Source: Calditrichia bacterium (lineage in GTDB: Bacteria; Calditrichota; Calditrichia; JAJRVZ01). From it: 64,000 bases of DNA. Position 1 is the first letter of the stretch. The number at the start of each line of letters is the position of its first letter. The translations under genes and the position numbers were made by a program. The notes below the pieces were generated by a model. The model was given only the letters and a program-made list of their open reading frames with translations, did no database searches and was not told where the DNA came from. Where the stretch lies: assembly GCA_963796965.1 (NCBI GenBank), contig CAWCNS010000007.1, forward strand, positions 576,001 through 640,000, read 5' to 3'. Shown in pieces: positions 49,463 through 60,904 of this stretch.

Positions 49463-51032
49463 TCATCTTTTCTCTACAATATTCATTTTCACTTCCTGTA
49501 TCAGCGGCTCTTTCTCCGGGGAGAGGGTAAAAAAGACCTCGATATTTTTCTTCTCACCTTCAATAATAAAGGTACCTCTTAGCTCGGTTTCCAGGCTTCA
49601 TGGATCCAATATGTATAATTTCACCCGCTTCTTTGTAAAGTTCGATTGATTCCTTTACCATATCCTTGAGGCGATTGTCCAGGAAGAAATTCTCCGCAAA
49701 CATACCGGAAACCTCGGCATTATTCCAGTCCGGAAGGATCTTAACAAACGCATCTTTCCGCTTTTCAAGAATGCTCGAGACCGGTAGCGTGCGTGGTTGA
49801 AGTCCGGCAATTGCGACGATTGTATCCAAAACAGCGATATTAATATCCGATGTTCCACCGTAAGTTCTGTTATCGAATGACATTACAGCAAGTCCATAGT
49901 CAGGCATCATTTTCCAGTTGCTGCCAAAGCCGGGCAATCCTCCGGTGTGTCCAATATACACTTTGCCATCGCAATCCTGCATCCATCCCAAACCGTAGCT
50001 ATAGGCTTTAACATAGGGACAATTTCTTCCGTTCGGATAAACAAACGCCGTATTTAGCTGGTAAAACCGCCATGGATGGTGCATTTCACGCAATGAGCTT
50101 CGTTTAAGCGGACCTGTCTCAACATCGTTTCTCGGCGGCCAGGCAGATAAATGCAGGGATACATAACTTACAAAATCATCAATTGAGGTAATTAGACCGC
50201 CCATCGCTCCAAAAGAACCGTGATGCTCGAGGGGTATATTTACATACGACTCATCGATCCAGTTGTAGCCAAGTGCCAGATTCTCCTCCGGCGCATTTTC
50301 ATATTCCCATACGGTTGCGTTCATCCCGAGTGGTTTAAAAATATTCTCCCTTGTATATTCCTGAATTCCCATTCCGGATACTTTTTGAATGATTTGGCCG
50401 AGGAGTGCGAATCCGAGATTGCTGTATTCGTAGTTAACACCGGGTACATTTGAGAAGGAAACACCTTCATCGATTAACTGCATCAACGCTTCATCCGAGT
50501 CGGCCAACTGGCGGTCACCCCAGGGATTATCCTCAGGGAATCCGGCACCGTGCGTCAGGAGATGGCGGATGGTTATATCGGGTGCATCAGTAGTAAGATA
50601 TTTCAGATTTTTCACCTCACCAAGGTACATCGAAACGGGATCGTCAAGATTCAATTTCCCGGCATCACGCAACTGTAGGATGGAGAGAGCCGTGAAACTT
50701 TTACTCATGGAAGCGATGCGGAAGAGTGATTTAGTGCTTACTTTTATTTTTTGCTCCAGATTGGCGAATCCAAAGCCTCCGGAATAGATAAGTTCGCCGT
50801 CAAGTACAATCCCAAAAACGAATCCGGGCATATGATGGCTTTCTGTATATTCCCTGAATATATTCTCTACTACTGCAGCAGTGGCTCCGACCTTCCCGGC
50901 CCGGCCGGGATCGGTAAAGACCGCTGGTTTATGAGCGACCGTATCCAAAGGAGCACCGTATAATGCGGAAGTAGAAGTGTGGCTCATAGCCACAATAATA
51001 ATCAAAAGTAATACATTAAATAATGATTTCAT
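49463..51032 (-). CDS. Serine hydrolase, beta-lactamase class C-like; frameshift near 49590
   Basis: FRIASMSK, LLTHGAG, YSN, HTGGLPGF; alternate frame LRGTFIIEGEK..FTLSPEKEPLIQ ends at 49463. Confidence 0.9.
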
Positions 51033-51073
51033 ATATACATCCTCATGTTATTCGTCATTTATTCACGTTTCGT

Positions 51074-51210
51074 TTAATTCCACTCAATTGCATTACGTAT
51101 TACCTGTAAAAAATTAGGATTATCAAAATCACTTTCAGAATGTCCGGCCTGGAAATAAAACACTTTACCCTTCCCTGTGTTTTTAACCCATCCTGAACTG
51201 GCTTGTATGA
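51074..51210 (-). pseudogene. ThuA-like domain C-terminal remnant
   Basis: SGWVKNTGKGKVFYFQAGHSESDFDNPNFLQVIRNAIEWN* with no start. Confidence 0.65.
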
Positions 51211-51212
51211 TG

Positions 51213-51863
51213 TCAAATTTTATTCAATAAATGATGGAAACGATTTTCGTTGTAGTATTGACGCATCTCATCATCAAGTAAAGACCCTAACTTGACCTTA
51301 AAATCGTTATTCCCAAAAGATTCAACCTTTTTTATAAGCAATTCTTTTCTCTCTTCAGTCATTTCAGGCAATGCAATTCCTTTTCGTAATAAAAATTCAA
51401 TATCAAAGGCATCTCTAATTTCACACCGGTCGAGAAGTGCCTCAATCTTATTTGATATTGTTTGATCCAGCGTGTGAGTGTTCAGCAGCACCTGCCTGTT
51501 ACTATAGCTTGAGAATGCGATACTTTTCTCCATTTCCCAATCACGAATCTCTTTTCTAATCTCGATTTTCAATCTTTTCGGATAATTGGTTAACCGAACT
51601 TCAACCAATAATGAGAAATGCTTATTCTGGCTATCTGTAATTTCATATTCATTTTTAAACAGAGAACAAATTTTTTTTAGATACGCATCAAAATCAACCT
51701 TTTTAATTAACCAAAAATCCAGGTCAGCTGAATAACGGTTGAGTTCATGACATAGTCTGAGCATTGTTCCACCGCCAAATACCACTTTGTCAAGTACACG
51801 ACCACTGTTCAGATGATTTAAAACTTCCATCTCAAATTTTTCATGTTTAGTGAATAAATCCAT
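51213..51863 (-). CDS. Type IV TA toxin, AbiEii nucleotidyltransferase
   Basis: VFGGGTMLRLCHELNRYSADLDF, KIEI, NKIEALLDR..RDAFD. Confidence 0.9.
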   Translation of the reverse strand: MDLFTKHEKFEMEVLNHLNSGRVLDKVVFGGGTMLRLCHELNRYSADLDFWLIKKVDFDAYLKKICSLFKNEYEITDSQNKHFSLLVEVRLTNYPKRLKIEIRKEIRDWEMEKSIAFSSYSNRQVLLNTHTLDQTISNKIEALLDRCEIRDAFDIEFLLRKGIALPEMTEERKELLIKKVESFGNNDFKVKLGSLLDDEMRQYYNENRFHHLLNKI

Positions 51864-52435
51864 ATTCCCTCAACATTTTTTTTGTCCCGTTAGGATAGAA
51901 TACAGAAAGATCAGTTAATACCTTTCGATTGATCTGGTTTAAACTAAGAGCAGATATATCCAAAGAATATCTCCGTAAAGAGGTAAGATAAATAGAATCC
52001 AGTAATGCTTTCTCAGGTTGAGCAATGTAAAATCCATCTTTTTTTATGAATGCAAAATAAAGTTTGGATGATAATTTTGAGTAGCGAAATGTAACCTCAT
52101 TAATTTCTTTGGAAAGACTTCGCTTTATTGAAATACACTCAATATAATTGCGCTGTATTTGTGTAGTAATTCCATAATACTCAAGTGCTGTGGTCAATGA
52201 TATATATGATGGAACTTGCAATAAGTTAGCCACTTCAAACTTATTTTCAATTGAAAAATTTTTCCATTTTTCAGACAATACAAAAATATTTGGTTTGATG
52301 CGAACGAGCAAGCTATTCTTAGTATATCGATGCGCTGTAACACGAGCTGATTGAGGAGAAATACCTAAAGCCTTTGATATATCTAAATAGCTGAAAAAAT
52401 GGTTTCCTGATATTATTTAATTCAAGAATCTTCAC
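51847..52435 (-). CDS. Type IV TA antitoxin, AbiEi-like; frameshift near 52395
   Basis: wHTH start (LDISKALGISPQSARV), PSYISLTTALEYYG, IAQPEKALLD; overlaps the toxin start. Confidence 0.85.
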
Positions 52436-52448
52436 TAAGTACACCTTT

Positions 52449-52464
52449 TTAACATATTTGTTAA
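52449..52464. promoter_or_regulatory. Putative AbiEi operator
   Basis: TTAACA-N4-TGTTAA directly upstream of the antitoxin RBS. Confidence 0.45.
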
Positions 52465-52964
52465 TATATTATACTTAGCAATGACAAAATGCAAGTTTTA
52501 TTTTATTTTTTTCCTACTGCATGATGGCCTAACATTAAATCCTAAATTGTAATGTCTTGAACATGTGTTTACAGATTCTTGACTTCATATATGGAGAGGA
52601 AAACCATGCGAGTAAGGTCATCCTGAACACCGGCCACCATGGGAAGTGTTTTGATTTGAGATTCCAATTTGGAATCTCAAATTTTCAAAACCTTTGTATT
52701 GATTGCTTACCCTTACCAAAACGCGCAAAAGATGCCAATTTAGTTCTTCCTTTCCAGAATAAATTTTATTCATTTTATGAGAACTTGAATCCCATTTTAA
52801 TAAATTGATTTATTGCGGTAAATGGTCGTAATTTGTTTTTAACCACTAAGTACACCAAGATCTCTGTGGTAAATAAATTCATGGGTAAGGTAGGCGCTGA
52901 GGACCTCACCCCTGGCCCCTCTCCTAAAAGGAGATGGGAATTATGCCTCTGATTTAGATCCACA

Positions 52965-54527
52965 ATGGATAAATTACAAATGACTCAAAAAGATAAAAAA
53001 GATATCGACAGTGCTGCAATTGAACAAAGTATCAATGTTCTTAATTTTCTTGTAGATAACAGTGAACAATTACTGGAATTGCCGGAAGAACAAAGAATTG
53101 CTCTGATGATTGCTGCTGGCAGACTCTCGCGCCCTGATCCTGAAGAGAAGAAAAAGCGTCAAAAGGATAAAAAAAATGTGGATCGGCGCAAAAAAACGGA
53201 AAATGAGCGTAAAGCACGCGCGGGTACCGGTATCCGCCGTGCCCGTACGGATAAAGTGTTTCAGGCACCGGATAAACTTACGGCTGGAAGAGAGAAGAAA
53301 GGGGAGAGCAAAAGAAAATTAGACGCACCCCGAAATTGCTATGTCTGTAAAGAAGAATTTGTTCACTTGCATCATTTTTATGATGCCATCTGTCCCAAAT
53401 GTGCGGAATTCAACTATCAGAAACGATTCCAGTCGGCTTCCCTGGAGGGACAAACAGCCCTGATAACGGGTTCCCGTTTAAAAATAGGTTACCAGGCCAC
53501 CCTGATGATGCTTCGTGCCGGTGCCAGGGTCATCGCCACTACCCGCTTCCCTGTCGATGCCGCCCGGCGTTATAGTCGCGAAAAGGATTTTACCCAATGG
53601 GGTGACCGGCTACAGATCTATGGCTTAGACCTGCGTCATACGCCCAGCGTGGAACTTTTCTGCCGCTATATTGTCAACAATTATGATCGTCTTGACCTAT
53701 TGATTAATAATGCCGCACAGACCGTACGTCGCCCTCCTGCTTTTTATGCCCATTTAATGGAAAATGAAAATCTACCCATTTACCAGCAGCCTGACACGGT
53801 TCAGGCGCTTCTCGGATTCCATCAAAAATGTGTTGAGCAAATTTCAGCCATTGCCCTTCCTGATTCACAGAAGGATCTCGAATTATCTGTCTCATGGGAG
53901 GAGAAGTTACCAGGAATCGGCCTGCGTGCCTCTGCCCAGTTATCACAAATTCCCTATTCCTATGACCACAGTCTTGAAACAAAAGAAATCTTTCCCCAGG
54001 GTGAGTTAGATGCCGATCTTCAACAGGTAGATTTAAGAGAAACAAACAGTTGGCGTTTACGCCTCGGTGAGATAGAGACAGCAGAAATGCTGGAGTTACA
54101 GTTGATTAATTCTATTGCGCCATTTGTCCTCAGCAACCGCTTAATTCCGATGATGAAGCGGGAAAACACGGGACAGAAACATATTGTCAATGTTTCAGCC
54201 ATGGAAGGAAAATTTCTCCGTTTTAAGAAGGATTCCCGCCATCCCCATACCAATATGGCCAAAGCGGCCTTAAATATGCTCACACATACCTCAGCCGGTG
54301 ATCTGGCAAAAATTGGAATTTTTATCAATGCGGTGGATACAGGCTGGGTGACCGATGAAGATCCGGTAAATCTGGCCCGTTTTAAAGAAGAATTTCATGA
54401 CTTTCAGCCACCCTTAGACATTGTGGACGGTGCCGCCCGGGTCTGCGATCCGTTTTTTGATGGAATCAACACAGGAAAACACTGGTCGGGACAGTTTTTG
54501 AAGGATTATTTTCCGATTGACTGGTAA
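52965..54527 (+). CDS. SDR-family oxidoreductase with N-terminal Cys4 zinc-ribbon-like segment
   Basis: [50 protein letters not shown]. Confidence 0.88.
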   Translation: MDKLQMTQKDKKDIDSAAIEQSINVLNFLVDNSEQLLELPEEQRIALMIAAGRLSRPDPEEKKKRQKDKKNVDRRKKTENERKARAGTGIRRARTDKVFQAPDKLTAGREKKGESKRKLDAPRNCYVCKEEFVHLHHFYDAICPKCAEFNYQKRFQSASLEGQTALITGSRLKIGYQATLMMLRAGARVIATTRFPVDAARRYSREKDFTQWGDRLQIYGLDLRHTPSVELFCRYIVNNYDRLDLLINNAAQTVRRPPAFYAHLMENENLPIYQQPDTVQALLGFHQKCVEQISAIALPDSQKDLELSVSWEEKLPGIGLRASAQLSQIPYSYDHSLETKEIFPQGELDADLQQVDLRETNSWRLRLGEIETAEMLELQLINSIAPFVLSNRLIPMMKRENTGQKHIVNVSAMEGKFLRFKKDSRHPHTNMAKAALNMLTHTSAGDLAKIGIFINAVDTGWVTDEDPVNLARFKEEFHDFQPPLDIVDGAARVCDPFFDGINTGKHWSGQFLKDYFPIDW

Positions 54528-54535
54528 GTCATTTA

Positions 54536-54601
54536 GTCATCCTAAACTTGTTTCAGGATCTTAAAAGAACTGAATAGATTCCGAAATAAATTCGGAATGA
54601 C
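54536..54601. repeat. REP-like doublet (GTCA...TGAC)
   Basis: GTCATCCTAAACTTGTTTCAGGATCT and inverted AGATTCCGAAATAAATTCGGAATGAC. Confidence 0.85.
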
Positions 54602-54736
54602 GATGGGGTCATCCTGAGCTTGTCTCAGGATCTAAAGTCATTGAGTCAGAAACAAATAAGCCAGCCAGTGTGTAAATTCGGCCTGGCCCCGTATAACGAG
54701 GTCTCAGGACGCGTTTTACGAGCGTAATTCGTGGAC
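54595..54736 (+). repeat. 142-bp repeat, left arm
   Basis: Reverse complement of 57474-57615, about 9 mismatches by eye. Confidence 0.92.
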
Positions 54737-54738
54737 CA

Positions 54739-55491
54739 TTAATAGGACTTGTGGCTTTTCTCTACACTTTGCTTCTGTATCTTAAAACACCCTTTTGTCC
54801 ATTCTGTAGTTGCATCTCTTTTATTAACATTGTCTGCAATACCCGGGGCAGCCAGAACAATCGCTTCAAATATTTTGTTGGCGATAATCATATTACCCAC
54901 CTTATTGGCATGAACCGTATCCGGATTGATGATATGGTCCTTCTGCCCTTCCGCTTCCCAGATATCAGCATAAACAAACTTATTTTCATGCGCCACAGCT
55001 TCAAGCATGGCATTATATTGCTGTGTTTTTTCAAGGCTGCCTTTGTCAAAGGGTGGATAATAATGATAGGCAGACATATGATAGACATTGACGATCACAA
55101 TGAGAGGACTAATGCGCTCTTTTATCCGGTCTAAAATTTTTTCGAGTTCCACCCGGAAATCCGCATGGGGCATGCCGGCACGCATATCGTTGAGACCATA
55201 TGCAATGAGAAGCAGATCCGGATTTTTGGCAATAACTTCATCATCAAGCCGTTCGGCCGCACTCGGTTTAGTTGAGGCCTCGTATCCCGGACTGGCCGGC
55301 GAGATGACACTGGCGCCCACACCGGCATTGTGATAGGCGATTGGTTTTTCCTGGGCTATTTCCAATTGTTTCCAGAGAATATCGGGAAACCGCTCTTCCG
55401 GTCCCTGGATCCAGCCACCGCCTTCAACAGTACTTTCCCCTAATACCACCAGCCGCTCAAATGGTCCCCTTGATATAGATTCCTGATTCAT
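54739..55491 (-). CDS. SGNH/GDSL hydrolase
   Basis: LGESTVEG, NAGVG, YGLND, DTVH blocks. Confidence 0.88.
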   Translation of the reverse strand: MNQESISRGPFERLVVLGESTVEGGGWIQGPEERFPDILWKQLEIAQEKPIAYHNAGVGASVISPASPGYEASTKPSAAERLDDEVIAKNPDLLLIAYGLNDMRAGMPHADFRVELEKILDRIKERISPLIVIVNVYHMSAYHYYPPFDKGSLEKTQQYNAMLEAVAHENKFVYADIWEAEGQKDHIINPDTVHANKVGNMIIANKIFEAIVLAAPGIADNVNKRDATTEWTKGCFKIQKQSVEKSHKSY

Positions 55492-56345
55492 CTACCCATA
55501 TTCCTTGCTTTTTCCCTGATTGCCGGGATTGAATCGTCCATAATAAATTTCATATCTGAATATTTATAGGTTCGTTCTTCAAATGATCTTGATTTGAGTG
55601 CTCCCATAAATCTCTCTTCAAATTCATTAAAATAGGAACCGTAAATATGATAACTATCTGCCTGGTGGACATAACGGCCGAGTTTGATCTTTTTCCCTGA
55701 AAGTTCTGAAATTCTTTCGGCGATCTTCAACTGCAAATGAATAAAAGCAAACATATTCATAAAGGCCGCTTTATAGGCATCATTGGAGCGGAATCTGATA
55801 TTGGTATTCAGATACCATTCATCTTCCTTTTCGCCTTGCAATACCCGGCACCAGATGCTTTGCAGACAGGCGGGATCATAACAATAATTATCTTCCCAGA
55901 CCTTCCAGGTGATGGCCTGGGCCCGTCTGGAATAAGGTGTATCGGCCAATTTTTGTGCCAAAAGATCAATTTGATCATAGATATCATCCAGACCAGGAAC
56001 AGTGTATTTAAATAATCTCTGATGATAGGTATATTCCCAACGTGTATCCTCAGCATCATCGGCAGAATCTCTGACCAAATGATCCTTGATCCCTTCAAGC
56101 ACTTCCAGCACATATTCCTGCAGATCATCCAGCCCACCGGGAATATCTTTATGGATCATTGGTTCTGCCATGGGATTATTGATGACGATGGTCATTGAAC
56201 AGTCTTTGCTTGGTGGATCATCCGGCTGATCATATTCTGTCTTGATATCACAGCCATTTTCATGCAGACTTATAAGTGACTTCTCCCATGCCTCCGCCAA
56301 TCCTTCGCCTTCAACCATTAATACTGGTATATTACCTTTCATCAA
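55488..56345 (-). CDS. thyA: Thymidylate synthase homologue, archaeal-type
   Basis: YTYHQRL, SRRAQAITW, catalytic PACLQ, FRSNDAYKAAFMN, DSYHIY. Confidence 0.75.
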   Translation of the reverse strand: MMKGNIPVLMVEGEGLAEAWEKSLISLHENGCDIKTEYDQPDDPPSKDCSMTIVINNPMAEPMIHKDIPGGLDDLQEYVLEVLEGIKDHLVRDSADDAEDTRWEYTYHQRLFKYTVPGLDDIYDQIDLLAQKLADTPYSRRAQAITWKVWEDNYCYDPACLQSIWCRVLQGEKEDEWYLNTNIRFRSNDAYKAAFMNMFAFIHLQLKIAERISELSGKKIKLGRYVHQADSYHIYGSYFNEFEERFMGALKSRSFEERTYKYSDMKFIMDDSIPAIREKARNMGR

Positions 56346-56551
56346 TTTCTTCTCCTCTTGTATATGTATATTTCTAGCCTAAAGTTGAGAAAGATTTGTC
56401 CACGAATTACTCCCGTGAAACGGGACAGGTCGAATTTTCAATAATTAAAAATAGAAATATTTTATTTATCTTTTTAAAAATATTCGTGTTAATTAGTGTA
56501 ATTCGTGGATTAAAAAGTACGCTGCGGCGCTGCGGCGCTGCGTGAGATCTT

Positions 56552-57394
56552 TTACATTCCTTGCGCCTTAAGAAAATCCACACTTTTCTTTAAAATATCC
56601 TCTGAACCGACGATTTCCAAAGTAGAACTGGCGATACCGGCATCTTTTAACACCTCGCAGACGCCTTTTATATCAATCACCCCATCACCCATGGCAATGG
56701 TAGAAAAACCGCAGCCAAATTCGGTTCCTCTTTTTTCTACCCATTCTTCACCCAGATCTTTCCAATGCACATGATGGATCTTATCTTTAAAAACTTTGGC
56801 CATTTCAACCGGATCAGCTCCACCAAGCCATGAATTACCTGTATCGAGGTTAACCCCTAAAGACTCGGGATTGCCCAACATATCAAAAACATCTTTTAAA
56901 CCCTGGATTGAATCGGTTATCGGGCCATGGGGCTCCATCAAAATATGGACACCGTAATCCTCAGCCATTTTTACCGGTGTATACAACTTTTCTGCAATAA
57001 TAAATACGCTTTGATCATAGGTGAGATTTTCAGCCCATTCTGATCTTGGATCGGTTTCAGTCGTAATAACTTCTTTCACACCGATTGCAGCAGCAAATTT
57101 AATCGCTTTCATGATCTCTGCTGTGCTGTAAGCCCCGGGATTGCTTGGTTCCAGCAACGTCGCATGGGCACACACGGTCGAAGGCACCATGTCATATTTC
57201 TCGAATAGACGTTTGACTTCAAAGGGATTTTCGTCCAAACTGATGGTGGGTGAAAATCCGGCTGAGCCCAGCATACTGCCACCAGCGTTGGTATCCGTAA
57301 TATCAGCATGGTTAAAACCCATTTCCTTAGCCTTTTGCAGCTGTACTTCCACACTGGCAAAGGGCTCGATCAACAAAAATACACCAATTTCCAT
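56552..57394 (-). CDS. Sugar phosphate isomerase/epimerase (TIM barrel)
   Basis: MEPHG, NLDTGN, HVHWKD, MGDGVID, TLE metal ligands. Confidence 0.9.
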   Translation of the reverse strand: MEIGVFLLIEPFASVEVQLQKAKEMGFNHADITDTNAGGSMLGSAGFSPTISLDENPFEVKRLFEKYDMVPSTVCAHATLLEPSNPGAYSTAEIMKAIKFAAAIGVKEVITTETDPRSEWAENLTYDQSVFIIAEKLYTPVKMAEDYGVHILMEPHGPITDSIQGLKDVFDMLGNPESLGVNLDTGNSWLGGADPVEMAKVFKDKIHHVHWKDLGEEWVEKRGTEFGCGFSTIAMGDGVIDIKGVCEVLKDAGIASSTLEIVGSEDILKKSVDFLKAQGM

Positions 57395-57473
57395 TTTATT
57401 CCCTCCTAATTGTTATGTTTTTTTTACCACTAAGTACACAAAGAAGACACAAAGATCACAAAGTTAAATTTCT

Positions 57474-57615
57474 GTCCACTAATTACGTTCGTAAAACGCG
57501 TCCTGAGACCTCGTTATACGGGGCCAGGCCGAATTTTCGCACTGGAAGGCTGATTTGTTTCTGATTCAATGACTTTAGATCCTGAGACAAGCTCAGGATG
57601 ACCCCAACGTCATTC
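57474..57615 (-). repeat. 142-bp repeat, right arm (inverted)
   Basis: Matches 54595-54736. Confidence 0.92.
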
Positions 57616-57734
57616 TCCCGAACTTTGTTTGGGATTTCGGAATCTATCTGATCAAAAAATTCGTGAAATCCGTGGACAAATTCTTTTTCCTGCTTTCAGT
57701 TTTCCGCTTTTCTGCTTTTCTGCTTTCTAAACAT

Positions 57735-59339
57735 CTAATTGTCAATAATATTCTGATAATACTGTCTGGCCTCCCGGTATTTGACCAGAACCTGCTCTCT
57801 TTGTTCTTCAGACTGATAGCGGCCTTCGTTACCATTGATTGCTATTAATTTGTCTATCCAGGAGATCAAACGCAAGGCATCTTTTTTAAAAGCGATCGGT
57901 TTTTTATCGACCAGGACATAAACCGGACTGGTATGGGCCTGTCGAACCAGGTGATTTTGATTAAAATAGATCGCTCTGGCTGCAAACCAGCCACTTTTAC
58001 TCACTGAAAAGTCTAATTTCAAGGATTTATTCAAAACCGGATTAGGAAGTGCTCCATTTAGCGAGATTTGTTTGATTATTTTTCCATTATGGATGATTTC
58101 AAGAGATTCAACAGGTTCAATGCTTTCTAAATTCGCTTCAATTTTAACCGTGTTGTGATCCCCGGCCACAAATTGTATTGTAGTCCCAGATTCTTTACCA
58201 TTTACGGTGAAAAAGAGCATAGGACCACTCGTAGCAAAGGTCCGACCATCTTTTAGGGCCTTTAACGCATTTTTTTGTGACAATTCGCCATCAATTTTCA
58301 TATAGGTTCTGTTATACCCCAGGGGTACACGCATAACGCCCATGGCCGATCCACCGGTTGCCGCTAATTTGATACCGCAATTCAGAAAACTATAATAAGC
58401 CTGGTTGGTCTGCCAGAACAAGCCTCCCCATCGTGAAGGATCATCTTTTTCTTTTTTAAGAACGGCCATACCACAACACATATCCATATCTGAGAAGCGG
58501 TGGTAATGATTATGACATATCTGTACCGAGTTAAAATACCCCATGGCCATGGTTACAACATTTTCTCCCCAGACAGGTTTGTCGCAGTCAATAATGCAAT
58601 CCGGTGACTCTTCTCTTGCCAATTTTGCCAATGAGACATCAGCAGGAAAGGCGTAAGACTCTGGATTTTTTAGAGGTTTTTTCAGCCCGATTAAATGGAG
58701 TGCACCAATAGATTCAAATGCAGCACCGCCAATACGTTCAATTTCCTGGTTATTAAAGGCCACTAAATGCTTTGGATCAACCAAAATAGTTGGATTGTCA
58801 CCATTATCCTGCCAAAATTGCTGCGTTTTATATTGTCTGCTATTCCAGACACTCAAAACCGGTTGATAATTCACATCATCAGCCAGAGATTGCTGTTTTA
58901 CTATTGCCATACTGTCTGCCCCAAAATGACAATGAATATCCATGGAATACCAACCCAAAGAAGCCATATCAATCCAGCGCTCCATGACGATGGAGACCTC
59001 AGCAACCTGTCCACTTATAACCGAAATCTCCTTATTCACCGGCAGATATTCTTTTCCACGCTCAATATGTATGATTGCTTTTCCGGCTGGTACCCGAATT
59101 TCAAAGGAACCATTACAGGAGAAACTCATATCCCTTTCATAGGGAAAACAATCCGGGGAGATGGGTTTATAATAGCGGCTGTTATTGATGTCCACCCAGG
59201 CCCGGCAGGGCAAGTTTCCTTCTTTACCTTCTTCCATGACGGTCACGTGAACAATGCCGGTACCATTATCCGGCAAATCCTGTCCCCAGGCCAAAAAAAT
59301 CAACACAATACTTAAAGCAAAAGTATATATTTTCTTCAT
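57735..59339 (-). CDS. CehA/McbA-family PHP-like metallohydrolase
   Basis: ERGKEY, GWYSMDIHCH, YYSFLNCG..ATGGS, GYNRTY, GRTFATSGP, AHTSPVYV. Confidence 0.8.
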   Translation of the reverse strand: MKKIYTFALSIVLIFLAWGQDLPDNGTGIVHVTVMEEGKEGNLPCRAWVDINNSRYYKPISPDCFPYERDMSFSCNGSFEIRVPAGKAIIHIERGKEYLPVNKEISVISGQVAEVSIVMERWIDMASLGWYSMDIHCHFGADSMAIVKQQSLADDVNYQPVLSVWNSRQYKTQQFWQDNGDNPTILVDPKHLVAFNNQEIERIGGAAFESIGALHLIGLKKPLKNPESYAFPADVSLAKLAREESPDCIIDCDKPVWGENVVTMAMGYFNSVQICHNHYHRFSDMDMCCGMAVLKKEKDDPSRWGGLFWQTNQAYYSFLNCGIKLAATGGSAMGVMRVPLGYNRTYMKIDGELSQKNALKALKDGRTFATSGPMLFFTVNGKESGTTIQFVAGDHNTVKIEANLESIEPVESLEIIHNGKIIKQISLNGALPNPVLNKSLKLDFSVSKSGWFAARAIYFNQNHLVRQAHTSPVYVLVDKKPIAFKKDALRLISWIDKLIAINGNEGRYQSEEQREQVLVKYREARQYYQNIIDN

Positions 59340-59381
59340 TGGACCCACCAAATCTAATCCATTGGTTAAAATTAACAAATA

Positions 59382-59542
59382 TCACCATAGAGAACACAGA
59401 GAGCACGAAGTTATAAAATAAAGAATTGAGAGTTAAGAATTTAGAATAATGTGTAAATTTTGGCTTCTGTTTCTGTAATTTTTAATCAATTTATAATTCT
59501 TAATTGCTTCTAATTTTGCGTGCTCTGTGTTCTCTGTGGTGA
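59382..59542. repeat. CACCAxAGAG..CTCTGTGGTG palindromic element with inner heptamer repeats
   Basis: Inverted ends; inner AAGAATT units and complementary AATTCTT units. Confidence 0.75.
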
Positions 59543-59565
59543 AATAAGATAGTACCTATATACAC

Positions 59566-60712
59566 TTATTTCGGATTGCTGACGATATTACGCAGCGATA
59601 CGGTTTCGGAATCAACATTCCCACTTAAAACGTCATCCTCCCTGAATGAAGCAAAAAGAATATTCATTTCATCTCTCCTGGCATAATCATAGATGATATA
59701 AATGGTTCCATCTTTGGTCTGCTGTCCATCCGGATAGGAAACACGTACACGTTCATCGAGCATTAGCCCTCCCTTCCATGTATCACCGTCGTCTTGCGAT
59801 ATAAAGGCTGTCAGATGCGACCGCTTTATTTGTTCATCTATCGGGCCATGTTTTACCAAGCAGCAGGTTGCCTGATTGAAGTTTGCGAATAAAAAAACGG
59901 GCTGAAGGATGCTTAATGACCGGAAGGTACGAGTGGTTCCCAGGTAATACCACCGATCTTTAGAATTACTATCCCAATCCCATAAATTGTACGGATAAAC
60001 ATCCCAGGGATTGCCGTTATTCTTCTCGATAATCATATGTTCATCGAAATCCCGCACTTCAACGGGAATATGGCAGGCACCGCGTACTTGCCAGGTTTTT
60101 CCCTGATCTTCAGAAACTATCAATCTGGCACTATTATCCGTTAAGCGCCAGGTTGACGCGGGTAAGATCCATTCTCCTGAAGAAAGTACCAGAGGTTTAC
60201 ACATCATGATCCCATCTGTCAGGCGTTTTGGCTGCGACCAATCTTAGGTGTCATCATCCGGATTATCTTTTGTCATGGTCCAGACACCTGAAATAGTCCC
60301 GTCATGTCCGATGGCCTGAGCCCAGAATGACCATAATTTGCCGTATTGGATCAATCCACAATTCCGGATCAAAGGCCCTTACCGGACCTTTACCATCCGG
60401 ATCTATTATATGCATTTCCTTCCAGGTTTTTCCCTGATCACCACTGGTTGCAACGACCACATAATTATGCTCATCCTCCCCCTTGCCAGTCCCGGCATAC
60501 CAGGTGGCCCAGAAGCGGCCTTGAGGGCTAATAGCCAAACTGGGGATCCCCTGAAAAGTCCTTTTTTCAGGCGCAAAGTCACCCTGATTAGTCTTAATAA
60601 CCTGTGGTGGGTATAGAAATGGTTTGTCATTTTGCCCGCAGGAGATATATAGCAGGCTTATTCCGAACAAGATTGTACTTAAATGGAGAATTTTCTTTGT
60701 TAAAATTGTCAT
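59566..60712 (-). CDS. Sialidase-family (BNR/Asp-box) lipoprotein; several frameshifts
   Basis: FQGIPS, SGDQGKTW, SEDQGKTW, SQDDGDTW, VSYPDG, IIYDYAR. Confidence 0.85.
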
Positions 60713-60774
60713 TATTTTCCTTTAGTAAAGTATTTTTTTGTAAAACTTATAGAATACCATTATTCTCTCATGAT

Positions 60775-60834
60775 GTCATTCTGAATTTATTTCAGAATCT
60801 ATCTAATAAGACCCTGAAATAAATTCAGGGTGAC
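60775..60834. repeat. REP-like doublet
   Basis: GTCATTCTGAATTTATTTCAGAATCT ... AGACCCTGAAATAAATTCAGGGTGAC. Confidence 0.85.
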
Positions 60835-60904
60835 CCTTTGGCGTAGTCTTTTCAAATTAAAATCTATTTAATAATGACATATTTATAATCTCATATCGAT
60901 ATCA

